Assembly: GCF_009834535.1 (NCBI RefSeq)
Contig: NC_045697.1
Location: 16,246,001 to 16,310,000 of the forward strand
Reading direction: 5' to 3'
DNA from: Camelus ferus
Taxonomy: Eukaryota
Length of the DNA: 64,000 nucleotides
Shown one piece after another: positions 12,640 to 24,960 of this stretch. Below the pieces are notes generated by a model. That model was not told where the DNA came from and made no database searches. It was given only the letters and a program-made list of their open reading frames with translations. The translations under genes were made by a program, and so were the position numbers. Position 1 is the first letter of the stretch, and each line of letters starts with the position of its first letter.

Positions 12640-12780
12640 GATAGGATTCTAAGCACCACAAGGGCAGGAGTCTCATCTGATTTAACACCATCACCTCTTG
12701 CAGTTTGCATAGTGTTTGTTGTGTTAAATACTCAAAAGTCTTTATTGAGTACATGCATAAATATATGGCAGTATCATTTA
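12640..12780 (+). mobile_element. L2 3' end
   Basis: ctaagcaccacaagggcaggagtctcatctgattt...aaatactcaaaagtctttattgagt resembles the L2 tail. Confidence 0.6.
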
Positions 12781-13259
12781 TGAGTACACAACTTTGACTC
12801 CTTGGACTAGGACACACTTCTGAAAATAGCTAAAGATCAGCAAACACACACACAAACCAAGCAAAACAAAAGCCAAAAAGAAAGAAACAAAATTTTTACA
12901 TTCAATTGTGACTGTGAGTCCTAACTTTCTAGGACTTGGCAAAGATTTTCCAAGGTTGCACCAGCAGAATATGAAGAGTATGTAATCCTTGTCCCAGGAA
13001 ACCTCTGACCTCCTTAGTGTCTTTTTATAGAATCCAATATTTACCCAATCGTAGCACATAGCAACATAGAATCAGGGGTTGGGACATTTGTAGGTTTGCC
13101 CACTAAACTGTCAGCTCCATGCCACATCTCTCAGCCCTTAGCACACCTAGTAGGGGCTCAAATAATTCAGTTGGTCTGAATTAATGCTTACTTTATGGTA
13201 TAAACTGTGCTTTGTGCTTTCAGTCCCAGCCCTCCAATGACTCATGGAGGAAAGCACTT

Positions 13260-13410
13260 TTTAAAACTTGCTTTATAAATGAGGAGACTAAGACTTGAGA
13301 AGGTTAAATAATTTGCCCAAGATCATCCAGTTAGTAACTGATTGAATAGATTTTCACATGCGTTCTGTTTCACAGGAGCCTGTATTTCCAACCATGCTAT
13401 TAGACTGCTT
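13260..13410 (-). mobile_element. MIR SINE
   Basis: tttataaatgaggagactaagacttgagaaggttaaataatttgcccaagatcatccagttagtaa. Confidence 0.8.
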
Positions 13411-13734
13411 AATGTGGTGTCCAAAGCTTTAGCCCAATGGGGGACCCAATTTGTTAGACTCAAGCTGCAGTAACTCTCTACACCAGGAAATGAGATACAA
13501 AATCCCGCAGAAGAAGGGTGGACACACACAGAAGCAGCTGGGTAAGGAAAGGAAGTAAGGACTTGGGATTATTGTGACAGAGACCGTTCCCAGGGTAAAG
13601 CAGCTAGCTAGCATTTACACCAACCTGGGTGAGAGCTACATGACTTCCAAAGCAGAGGATGAGGTCATGGATAAAAGAAAACAAACCAAAACAAAGCAAA
13701 ACTCTGCACGAACAGATGCAGGGGAAGAAAATAA

Positions 13735-13932
13735 TAGCTGAAGATAGAATTTCAGCTGGTGGTTTGAGCCATTTGGAGGAGTTACTCAGTTTTCCTGGGT
13801 AACTCCCATATTTATAAGAAAGTGTATGCATTATTAAACTTCTGTTTGTTTTTCTCTTGTTACTATATTTTATTAGAGGGTGTCAGCCAAGGACCTAGAA
13901 GGGAAGAGGGAAAATTATTTTCCTTCCCCTAT
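13735..13932 (+). mobile_element. ERV1-class LTR 3' part (MER34/MER39-like)
   Basis: attaaacttctgtttgtttttctcttgtta...gacctagaagggaagagggaaaattattttccttccccta resembles the R/U5 end of this LTR group. Confidence 0.65.
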
Positions 13933-14196
13933 GGTAACAAACAAAAAGAATATCCAGAATTTCACAGCTCCTTAGTGAAGTGCAATTAGAAATAAATGGC
14001 AAAGACATATTTGCCATATTTAGTTATATATTTTCACATATTTCAATTGAATATCATTTTTAGTCTATGTATATCACTTTTAGGCAACCATTAATTCTTT
14101 TGTCATGATAAAGTCCCAAGTTAACACACCTCTTAGAGTCTTGTGATAAATAGCTATAAAAATCCAATGAACCCTAAGTTAAAATTAAAATCTGGT

Positions 14197-14423
14197 CCTG
14201 TGCTATGCTTAATGGTTGCCACCAGGCATGTGTACATATTTACATTAAAATTAATTAAAATTAAATAAATTAAAAATTAAGCTCCTTAGTCATGCTCGCC
14301 ACATTTCAAGGGGTCAATAGCCAAATGTGGTTAGTGGCTACCACAGTTTGGGCAGATTCCACATATTGGACACATGGAGATAGAACATTTCCATCACTGC
14401 ACAAAGTTCTATTGGTCAACACA
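14197..14423 (-). mobile_element. MER3 (hAT-Charlie MITE)
   Basis: gccacatttcaaggggtcaatagccaaatgtggttagtggctacc...gatagaacatttccatcactgcacaaagttctattgg matches the reverse complement of MER3. Confidence 0.9.
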
Positions 14424-14517
14424 GCTCCTGTTGCTTCTGACTAAAACGGAGAAAGCCACTAAGCAAAGTCCTTTGTGTAATATTGTCATTCTCAGAATGA
14501 TTGCTTTCTGATATAGC

Positions 14518-14641
14518 TAAGGATCTGATAAGCCAGGGATGCTCCTGTTTGTTTAAGACTGTTGTCCTGGCTGAGATATTAATAGCGATCCTTTTACTCT
14601 CAAACATGTTCCAGTTTGGTCAATAAATTATGGCCACCCTA
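14518..14641. mobile_element. MER94-like hAT-Blackjack MITE
   Basis: ctgttgtcctggctgagatattaatagcgatccttttactctcaaacatgttccagtttggtcaataaattatggccacccta. Confidence 0.8.
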
Positions 14642-15037
14642 GTTGCCTCATTGCACATTACTGATGATTTTCATGTCTTTCCTTTCAAGCTGTGTAATAT
14701 GTAGCATGTTATTTTACCTTTCCAGGCATCTCCTTCTTCAGAACTAAAACAAGGATACTAGCAGCTTCCTCTTTAGTTCTGTCCTGCACTGCTCTCTCCT
14801 CTTACTTCCTGCAATGATTCATGTATAAAAGAAATTACTAAAAGACAGAACTTTTGCAGCCTAGAGCTTTGCAGTGTTTATTATATAATTTTGTTATGTT
14901 ATATTATATATAAAATATTATATATTATTTAATATTATATACTTTAATTTTATATAATAGATACTTTGGAGTGTCTAGTATATAATATGCACTCAAAAGC
15001 ATATGATTCCTGATGTCAGTTTCAAGGGATATATTCT

Positions 15038-15763
15038 TTTTTTTAACATTTTTTATTGATTTGTAATCATTTTACAATGTTGTGTCAAATTCCAGTGTAG
15101 AGTACAATTTTTCAGTTAAACATGAACATATATATATTCACTGTCACATTTTTTTTCTCTGTGAGCTACCATAAGATCTTGTGTATATTTCCCTGTGCTA
15201 TACAGTATAATCTTGTTTATCTATTTTACAGTTTTGAAATCCCATCTATCCCTTCCCACCCTCTGCCCCCTTGACAACCACAAGTTTGAATTCTATGTTT
15301 ATGAGTCTGTTTCTGTTTTGTATCTATGCTTTGTTTGTTTGTTTGTTTGTTTTATAGATTCCACATATGAGCGATCTCATATGGTATTTTTCTTTCTCTT
15401 TCTGGCTTACTTCACTTAGAATGACCTTCTCCAGGAGCATCCATGTTGCTGCAAATGGTGTTATGTTGTCGGTTTTTATGGCTGAGTAGTACTCCATTGT
15501 ATAAATATACCACTTCTTCTTTATCCAGTCATCTGTTGATGGACATTTAGGCTGTTTCCATGTCTTGGCTATTGTAAATAGTGCTGCTATGAACATTGGG
15601 GTGCAGGTGTCTTTTTGAAGTAGGGTTCCTCCTGGATATATGCCCAGGAGCGGGATTCCTGGGTCATATGGTAAGTCTATTCCTAGTCTTTTGAGGAATC
15701 TCCATACTGTTTTCCACAGTGGCTGCACCAAAGTGCATTCCCACCAGCAGTGTAGGAGAGTTC
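15038..15763 (-). mobile_element. Young 5'-truncated LINE-1 (ORF2 C-terminus + 3'UTR + polyA)
   Basis: Uninterrupted frame [24 protein letters not shown]...[13 protein letters not shown]...TCTPMFIAALFTIAKTWKQPKCPS. 16-bp TSD tcaagggatatattct (15022-15037) / tcaagggatgtattct (15764-15779). Confidence 0.97.
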
Positions 15764-18014
15764 TCAAGGGATGTATTCTACCTCTCCCTGTCCCAATTCA
15801 ATGAGAGGTGTACATTCAATTTGCCATCAGCCATCCAATAAGGTGTTCTCTCCCAGTACTCTGACTCTTGATCAAGTGGTAGATACTGGTTAGAAAGAGT
15901 ATATTACAGCAGAGATGACAGTGCATTATCCAGGCTGTTCCTGCTGCTTTGCCCTCCTCATTTTTCCAGTCCTGTCCTCTCCTACCTCCCCAGTAATCCT
16001 GTAAGCCTTCCCATATCCCTCCATTAAATTATATTTTTGATAACGTAGACAGAATCTCTTTCTGTTATTTGCACCCAAGGCCTTAAATAGTACAACAACT
16101 TTGAAGAGAACTTTTAACTTGGAACTCTCAGTGGTACTAGCTGTACTAAGCAACTCTACACATTTTGCAATTTGTTCAATGCTGAGGCTTATAGAGACAT
16201 CACACTAACTCCACTCCAGATGCACATAATAACATCTACGTAATCATATGTTACTCCACAAATTAAGATTGGAAGGTTACGATTAGAGAGTTCCCTTCTT
16301 TGGAAGATTCTTCTTTGGATATGATCACAGTCTCTCCAGATGTTTATTAAGCATACATTTCCTTTATAATCTGCTTCTAAATGCAAGCCAGCTTCTGTCT
16401 TTGCTGATGCTCAGCTGTATTACTATGTGGGTCACAGTCAACTCTCCACATTTTCACTATCTAATTATTGTTTATGGTTTTACTTTGGATCCTGTACTTC
16501 AATTACCTACTCTATATTGAACAAACATACTAAATTTCCCTCTATTTATTATATCTTCTATAAATTGTATCGCCCATCTAGGATAATGGGTATTGCTTGC
16601 ACATTTGTAACATTTCAAATAGCCTAAATTTCCTGATAGCTTAAGTGTAGGGTGTGCTACTGTGGGGTTTGAATACTGCATATTGGAAAAATGATAGACT
16701 TCTCGAGTTCTCCTAGCTGTGTGTTTTTATATTAAAGTTGATTTCCCCCTTGGTAGGGACTGCCACACAGCCATGACTATCACTGAAAAGTCTGTGAAAT
16801 AAAGGCATACTATCCTCTCAACTTAAAACTCTTAAACTTTTCCATTTTAAAGGAAAAACAAATCTAACTACAGAGAAAGCCAAATTGGCAAAGAGAAATT
16901 TCATTAGCATCTGGCTGGTGGGGAGGGAGGTCATTGCTTCCTTTGGAGAGACAGAGAAACATAGCTATGGAGACTCAGGGCATTGCGTTACCCTCCTTAT
17001 CCTTTCTTCAGATTTGTAAAGGCAGATCTGTGTCTGCCAGGAGGTCCCTGGGCTGCCTATTAGAAACTGTAATCAGTTAGAACTGATTACTCAACTCTGG
17101 TCATTTTCATCTACAAACAAATTCACAAGTTTTCCAGACAAATATGGATGGGCTGGCGAATTTAAATTTCAAATGAAAAAATATCTTCCTGTAATGAGTT
17201 CACATACCTTTTATTTAGACTTCCAAATGCCAGCATAATGTGATTAGTTTTGATGTTGTTTCTTTCTACCACTTATGAGAAATCACATCATCAATCATAT
17301 TATCAAAATTAGATGTGGAGAAGACCAAGCATGTCACCAGGACCCTCCCCCGCGCCAGTATAGACTTGTTTTAGCCAGTCCGCTGTACTTTTTAATATTT
17401 TCTTCAATCTAATATTAAACTTCCCCTATGACCATGCATATACCATTTCCATTGTAATGACATAAATATAAAGAATGAGAGTTGGTTTTCTTAAGAGGGT
17501 GCATCTTTATTTATCTTCTCTGGCTTTTCAAAAAAGAAAGCTCACGATGAACATTTAGGAAATAAAGATAAATCCAATAAATTGTGATCAATAGTTTCAA
17601 TTATGATCCATGATTATCTCCAACATTTGCATAGAATTTGCAAATGTGTTATGCAAATTATACACATTACAGTTGTTGTTACATGAGTAACATTATTTTA
17701 ACAGAAATTTAATGGGTGCTTTTACAAGTCTTCAATTTGTTTTTTATATATGTAATATATATATGTACACACATGCATATAAAGTATATATATATTATAT
17801 ATCATACATATTTACTTATGCTTTTAAAATCAGTTTATTGAGAGTTTATCAAGCAGTTTTAACTTGCTGAGGTGTAAATATGAGATGCTTCTATTTTTCC
17901 CCAGAACTGTTTTCAAAATTTCTGTCAAAGTTTCTTCTCACACCCTTCAGTGAAAATCTGTGTACATTTTGATTATCAAAATTTTCACTCCAGATTACAA
18001 TTTTGAACTCAAGT

Positions 18015-18260
18015 ATAGGAGTGCGGATGCTAGAGCCATATTCTATTGATTTCAATTCCAGAACCACCAACTACTGGCTTTGGTTTCTCGGGGTAGTCAC
18101 TCAAACTCAAATGGGCTTCATCTCCTCGGCAATCAAAGGGAGGTAATAAAATAACCTATATTCTGGGGTTCTTCTATACATGGAGGACTTGGAATATTGC
18201 CTGACATATAGGGAAAGAAATATATGTTGGTATTCATAAATGATTATTATTTTTATTATT
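18015..18260 (+). mobile_element. MIR SINE
   Basis: taggagtgcggatgctagagcc...ttcaattccagaaccaccaactactggcttt...cttcatctcctcggcaatcaaagggaggtaataaaataaccta. Confidence 0.7.
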
Positions 18261-19459
18261 ATCATGGTATCACTTCACTCACCAAATACTTATGTCTCAA
18301 AGACATCTGAGTTTGAGAAAGACCATCATTTTCCTTCCTCATTCTATTCTAGCATCTGTCCCTTTGCAAAGCCTCAGGAATGAAGAATGCGAAGGGAAGT
18401 AAGTGAAAAAGAAACCATTTTCTCAGACTTGGTTGCTGGGAAGTTTCCCTAGTCTTACTCTGACTTGGTACCTTCCACTCCTGGTTGGTGTCTATGCCAA
18501 TGGACTGGTCTCCACATGGAGAGTGTGTCTAGTTCTGCTGAGGCAGTGATCAGCATAATCTAATACTTCCTATGATAGTTAATCTGTTTAGAGAGGGCAG
18601 TCATGCCTCTCTCCATCTCTTACCAGCAATTCACGCCTCCAACAAGTTCTCTTAGTTTTGAACCCTTGACCAGCCCAGGGTATCTGCTTCTACCTCAAAG
18701 CGTTGGGCTCTTTGGAATCAGGAATAGCTGTTTTCTTTTTTAATGCTCTTTAAGGGCTTTAGGGACCTGGGATAGGGTGGAAAGTTGACCTGTCTTCTTC
18801 CTAGGCATACTACATTGCAATCTCTTTTTGTCCTGTTGTCAAAAACAACTCTCTCATCTTCAGAAATCTCCAGACAATAACCAGACCCCAGTCTCAAGGC
18901 TCTTGTAAGCCCCTGACCTTCAGAAACTGCAAGTCATTCTTTCCCAACAACCTCCACCTTGAATGACTCTGTAGTTAATCAGTCATCTAGCAGGGAACAG
19001 AGATGTAAGTCTTTCCTCCTTTCAGACAATGCCAATCTCTAAGAAGAAGTTTCTTCCTACCCAATGACTTAGCTTTGGAAGGAGTGGAGGAGCACTTTCT
19101 AACCATAAACACTACATTCCCTAGGATGTCAGCTCACTGTTCCTCTTTCTAGTATTTTTTTTTTAACAAGAAGTGGATTGTGGTGTATTCTGTTTTGGGC
19201 AGCTGGTAGTAGGGCCAGTTCTGCTGCCTCAAAGTAAGATCTGGCAGGAGCTGTCAGGACATAGTTGTTGTAAGTTCTCTTTTGCATGTAGGGAATTCAA
19301 TACAGATTTTTCTTCAGCTTTGGGCCTCAAGCACTAAACCCAAGGAAAAAGAAAAAAAATCTCACTAAATTTTATGTTACATATTAATGTATGACATATA
19401 AACCTTAGTATGCAATCACTAAGCATATGCCATATATTTGTACAGATTAATATTAACAT

Positions 19460-19690
19460 GCTAAAGACTACCAGGTGGCTGGCACTGTGGTAGACTCTCT
19501 ACATATGCTCCATATTTAATCATCAAAACGATGTGTAAACTAAAGATTATTAATCCTTTTATACAGAAGAGGAAGCTGATGCTGAAGTGGTTTAGTGTTT
19601 GTCCTCAATCACACAATCAATAAGTGGCAGAGTAAGGACTTAGACCCAGACTGCTCAGTCCCAAAGTTCAGATTTAGTGTAGCACTTCCA
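19460..19690 (-). mobile_element. MIR SINE
   Basis: ttttatacagaagaggaagctgatgctgaagtggtt...atcacacaatcaataagtggcagagtaaggacttagacccag. Confidence 0.8.
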
Positions 19691-20934
19691 TATATAGACA
19701 TAAAAATGGACAAGAATAATATGTGGGTATATATTTTAAAAATACTACAGCTAATGCCCCCTAACTGATATTTGCATTCTGAGACTCACATAAAGGAATC
19801 AAGTCAATGGACAAAACCAAGGTCCTTGGTTCTGCTGAGTTTCTCAGTGGCCTTTAGCAAGCCCAGCAGCTGCAGCAGCCTCTGAGCCCTTGACCATTAA
19901 AGATGTCATGTCTGTGTTCTCCGGTACCATGATCACCATAAAAATGGGCACACGACCCAGTCCCCTCCTTTTTCAGAAACGGAAAATAGGAAGGACTCTC
20001 TAATTGGTCGTAGCAAGTCAGTCACACTGGTAGAGTTAATGAGAGGAAATCTGGGAAACCAGGAACACTATCAGGAAATACATTAAGGTGTGAGAGTGAA
20101 GGAGATTTTTCTCATTGTTAGAGAATGTGACACGTTTTATAAGTAAACAAGTGCATGTATACTTACGACCAGTGCAAATATCACCTATTATCTCTTGGGA
20201 CGGAGAGAAAATGCAGCTCCAAAACTGTGTGAACCAGGTGATTTTCAATAAATCATAACTACACAGGTAAATTCATGAATAGATTTTAGGTAAGCAATCA
20301 AGCAACATGTAATCTTGCATGTGTAACTGAGTGGTCGAAGAGATGACCATCATCCCCAGCTTAGGGTCAAAAAGTTGTCTGGTGGCTCTCACCTAAGTAA
20401 GAGTTCATGTCATTCCTCAAGGGCCCCACCTGCTGGAAAGGCTGGCGTGTTGGCAGAATACAACCCGGTGCTTATTTAGGCAAGCAATTGCCAGCTTGGT
20501 CCAATGCAGTACAGGAGCACCTTCTGGAAAACAGAACAATTATGCAATGTACTCACGTCACAGTGATCCTGTTGAAATTCAGTAGGAAAAATAATGAGGG
20601 TGGAGAAGGCTATCGGAAGGCCAAACCATTAAGTGAAAGGAATCTCAAAGTAGAGTGGGTTTCAAATGTGTAAGGATTAGAAATAATACATATAACATAC
20701 CTAGCATACAGTAGTTCCTCAACAAAAGATAGCTACGTTATTGTCTCATTAATTGTCCTTGAGCTTATAGAAGCCCAGTGACATAAACATGTGTTTTCAT
20801 TCTAAAAGAAGTGATTACAGAAGGCCACCTCATTGTCCTTTTGGTTAACCTAGAGGTTAAACCACAGAATAAACTGCTCTGTGAAAGAGGTAATGCTCAC
20901 TCCAATTAACTGGTAAGAAAATTAAGTGTGGGTC

Positions 20935-21180
20935 TGTTTTAGTACTTTTGGGGCTCCTATAGCAAATTACCATAGAGAGTGTAGCTTATAGGCAATAGGT
21001 ACTTATTTCTCACAGTCTTGGAGGCTGGAAGTCCAAGATCAAGGTGCCAGTATGGTCAGGTACTGGTGAAGGCTCTGTCCCAGCTTGCAGACTGCTGACT
21101 TCTCACTTCATCTTCACATGGGGAAGGCAGGAAGAATTTCTGTGGGATCTCATTTATAAGAACACGAATTCCACTCAGTG
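20935..21180 (-). mobile_element. MaLR LTR fragment (MLT1A-like)
   Basis: ttatttctcacagtcttggaggctggaagtccaagatcaaggtgccag. Confidence 0.85.
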
Positions 21181-21368
21181 GCTTCCATTTCTGTGCAGAG
21201 TTAACACTCCAGATTGGTGCAGAGAGCTCTCCATACCCTGGCCGTCGTCCTAAACCAGGCATCACCCACTTTCTCTGCCATGCTCATCACGCTCTGTATT
21301 TCTTACCTTGTGTCTTTGACGTGCAAAGTCGTCGATGTTCCCTCAGGCTTATGTTCCTCCTTGCGCAG

Positions 21369-21762
21369 TGTATAGTTATCACTAGGATGTGGCATCCCAG
21401 ATGAGGTCTACATCTCCCATTCCATTTGCATCAAGGTACTACTTAAGACTAGTTTTTTCCCCGTGGAACATAAGCAGAAATGATTGGTATCACTTCTTGG
21501 CTAAAGTTGTTAGAAGAAAATGTGCCTTCTCCAAACTCTGTCCTCCTCTGCTTGTTGGATGCAGAGTCCTCAAAGTCCTAAGGAATATTAAAGCCATCAA
21601 TTGGAAAGACCCTTCATTTTAGAAACATCAAGTTAAAAATAGTTAATTCCTGATCAGGAATAACCACTGCGGATTGTAATGTGAATGAGAAATTAATTTC
21701 TACTTTGTTCAGCTCCTGATTGTATATTTAGTTACAGTAGCTGCTATTACCTAACTAATACA
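21369..21762 (+). mobile_element. MaLR LTR (MLT1J-like)
   Basis: ctacatctcccattccatttgcatcaagg...tgtgaatgagaaattaatttctact...ttacagtagc...cctaactaataca terminus. Confidence 0.7.
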
Positions 21763-21809
21763 GTGTTCCATCTATCCAATCTATCTAGCACATTCTTTCC
21801 ACTACAGGT

Positions 21810-22080
21810 ATCCATTGTTCAAAGATGAGTTTAAGTGCAACTTCCTTTGCATCTCCTCCCGAATCCCTCAGTCACAGTTAATATCTTCCTCCATTACATT
21901 CCCCTGCTTGTCTTATGTTATAATTAATTCTGTCCGTGGAAGTATTCACCACTAAATTATGAGCTTCTATGGGTAGAAACTCTATCTTAATCACTCTGTA
22001 CCCTCCAGAGTGTCAAACACAGTATCTCACAAACAGTAGGTGCTCAATAAGTGTCTGTTACATTAAACCGAATGAAATCG
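21810..22080 (+). mobile_element. L2 3' end
   Basis: actaaattatgagcttctatgggtagaaac...acagtaggtgctcaataagtgtctgtt. Confidence 0.8.
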
Positions 22081-22967
22081 AATTCATATATCTGAATGAT
22101 TAATATGTTTCTTTCGTTCAAGATCTTAGGGCTGGTATAAAAAAAGAAATCTATTACTTCAGTCTGACTCTGTAACTTGGCAGATTAGAGTGAAATAAAA
22201 ATGTGTCCTGGATAAATGAAAATGCATTGTTTTACATAAGATATAGCAATTTTGAGAAATACATTGATTTAATGTACTTAGGCCAGTGAAAAATCTGTTG
22301 GTTTAAGCTAACTGCCATTAGTTTCAATTAAAATATATCGATTTGGGTAAATGTTGGTTAGGATAAATGTTGCCTGACTGTGGAAAAAAAAAAACAAAAA
22401 ACATTTGCTTAAGCTTGCCTTGGAGCACAGTCAGAAAAAGGGAGGGAAGGTGGCAGAGGGGGAGCAGGAGAGAGTGGGCAGTGTTAAGCAGTCAGGCAGA
22501 ATCTCCTCCCCTTGCCCTGCTCTACAGGAAGAGGACAAACGAGGGTGGCCAGTGAATGGGTCACTGTTCTTCGACTTTATATTAACTACAATCCATATGT
22601 GAGTCAAGCAGCGTTGAAACAAAAGTTTACTTAAAATGTTTCCATGAAAGGCCCAATCAGGTCAATTATGTTAATTCCTTTAAGAAGTGAAATCATTCAG
22701 ATAGCTGAGTTTATAATGACAAAACCACCAGGTTTAGTTGGGAGACAACATTTCTCATTTTTTGACAGATGGTTTTAATGTTTTCACTAGACTGAACACT
22801 ATGACAAAGCCAATTTTTTTGTGGTCGTAAACAATTGAATTTTGGCAATTTCATACTGTTCAGTCTAGTAGATACTGCCCAAGGATCATTAGGGAAAGAA
22901 ATAGACTGTACATTATTTTTATGGACGGTTTAAATGATTTTCTTCTGATCTTTGAAGACAGGGAATA

Positions 22968-23058
22968 CACATGTACACAACAAGCACACAATACACGCAC
23001 ATATACTCACAGACACATGCACACTCTATCTGTCTGTCTGTCTGTCTATCTATCTATC
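22968..23058. repeat. Compound (CA)-rich/(TCTG)n(TCTA)n microsatellite
   Basis: Directly visible. Confidence 0.8.
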
Positions 23059-23922
23059 ATCTCTGAATTGCAAATCTTTCAAACCTACAGAAAAAAGGTT
23101 ATCATCTCAATTGATTGACAATGTCAAAATGTGAACGTTCATTAGGCCCAGAGTTTATCTCCCTAGTTACTAAACAGCAACATCTCTCTATTCTGATCCC
23201 TGATGAGACTTAAGTTCTACCATTTTAAGTTCTGACTACATACCCCTTATTAAAAATAATTGTACAGTGGAGTAGAAATTAGGAGAATCGACTTTCTATC
23301 ATGGGTTCTGTTGCTAATTTCTGAGCAACATTTGACAAGCCCTTTAACTCTGAAGTTTTGGATCTAAAAATTAGAGATAACGAACATAGGTATTTTGTTG
23401 TATGATTATTTTAAAAATAAAATAAAGTAGTTAAGTATTATATAATAAATATGAAAAATCATCACTGAGGTCCCACAATGAGCAGGTAATATGCAGAGAG
23501 ATTTCACACACTTTGTTTAATCCTAACGGTAGCCCTGTGATAGACATTATCTTCGCATTTAAAGAAATGAGACTCACCTGTCAGAAGTTAAGCAGTTTGT
23601 CCAAATGTAAGATAGGCACTTAACAAATATTTTATGAATCAATTGATGAATTACTCCCTAGTCCTCTTCTTTGGCATCCCTCATATTTAATTATTTACAT
23701 AAAGTAGAACCTTGCCAATATAACATAGTGTGTCTAGAGGGAGATCTATGCTAAATAGAAAAAGTCTGAATTATGAAATTTTGGATAAATACAAATTCAC
23801 CTAAATTTCCTTCCAACTTCAGAGTTCTGCTTATTTGATCATAGTCATAGGGTATACATAGTATATAGTGATATCAAATTAAGTTTTTCTTATCATTTTA
23901 ATTATTATCTAAGAATATTTGA

Positions 23923-24960
23923 CATTCATTCATTCAGCCAATCAGCAGATGTTTAAGGGGCACTGTGCTAAGTAGTGAGAATTCAGTGAAGAACAAAACT
24001 AAGTAGTTTCTCTCTTCAGAGAGTTTCTAGAATCGTGAAAGAGATGAATATTACTCAAATTGTTACAAAAAATTGTGAATTTGCCACTGTGGTAAGCATG
24101 ACTCTACTGAGAGAGACTAGAAAAGGAAGGTTGACTTTAATAAGAGAGAGAGGGAAAACTTGAACTGAAATATGAGGAGTGATCAGAGGAAGGAAGTATG
24201 TCCAGGGCAGAAGGAAAAAGATCTTTATCAGGAGAGATAGCTGGAGTGATGAGAATGAAGAAATTCCTGCTGCAGTGTTAGGTGGTCAACATTGACTGTG
24301 GCTGGTCTTTTTTCTTTCCTACAGAATTAATTAGGAGAAACAGAAGCAGTAGATGGAGATCAGAATGAGTAGAGGGTGGCACAAAAGGCTAGGAGTACCC
24401 TTCACAGGTGAAACAGATGCGGTAGGGGATAAATAATCCTCTCTTCTCCAAAACTGAAAAAGAATGTTTTCAGGTAGAGAATAAAGATGCAGATAGGGCT
24501 AGACTACAAAAGGTTGGTCTTGTAAGTGACTTTAAAGAAATCTACCTTTATCTTAGAAGTAATAAGAAATTAGTGAAGGATTTAAGAGTACAGGTTGTAG
24601 ATGACATTTTGAAAAGCTGTTTCTAGTTGTTGCAAGAAAAACGGATTGGAAAAGGAGAATGGTTAGGAAGTTATTGTGGAAGTGTAGGCAAAGAGAGCAG
24701 TTGGAAGATGGTGGTGATTGTGGTAGTGGTGATGGGGAGACACAGACAGACAGGAGAGCTGTTTTGTACATAAAATGGACAGAATTTGTTAAAGGGTTTG
24801 AAATGGGGAGTAATGGGAATATGGAAAATGACATGTCATGGAGAATGATGGATGGTGGTTTGATTTAATGAAAGAGAAAAAACTAAAAGAGAACCAAGTT
24901 TGGGGAGGAAAGATTACAAGTTAGTGTTTGAGTCGACTGAATCCTAGATGCCTTTGAGGT
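23923..24960 (-). mobile_element. L2 LINE fragment
   Basis: Tail cattcattcattcagcc...cactgtgctaagtagtgagaattcagtgaagaacaaaac, followed by purine-rich antisense L2 body (ggttaggaagttattg..., gatggtggtgattgtggtagtgg). Confidence 0.8.

Larger units (their letters stand above)
13960..16450 (-). mobile_element. Probable ancient RTE-clade LINE remnant, fragmented by MER3, MER94 and L1 insertions
   Basis: Weak but collinear minus-strand RT-like motifs: DHIQRRIF...NLPILICGVTYD (~16330-16240), AISESNHSENDNITQR (~14517-14465), GVLTW / KRING (~14130-14083). Confidence 0.4.

Noticed and set aside
17069..17090. 10-bp perfect inverted repeat gtaatcagtt-ag-aactgattac
   Set aside because: One such stem in 64 kb of AT-rich DNA is not unexpected by chance, and there is no supporting context.
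18300..19260. Possible ancient LTR element
   Set aside because: I could not identify termini, a TSD or a family with enough support.
24301..24412. Strong acceptor with a possible exon inside the L2 fragment
   Set aside because: Stops in all three frames, a weak donor (GTGAAA) and repeat context.
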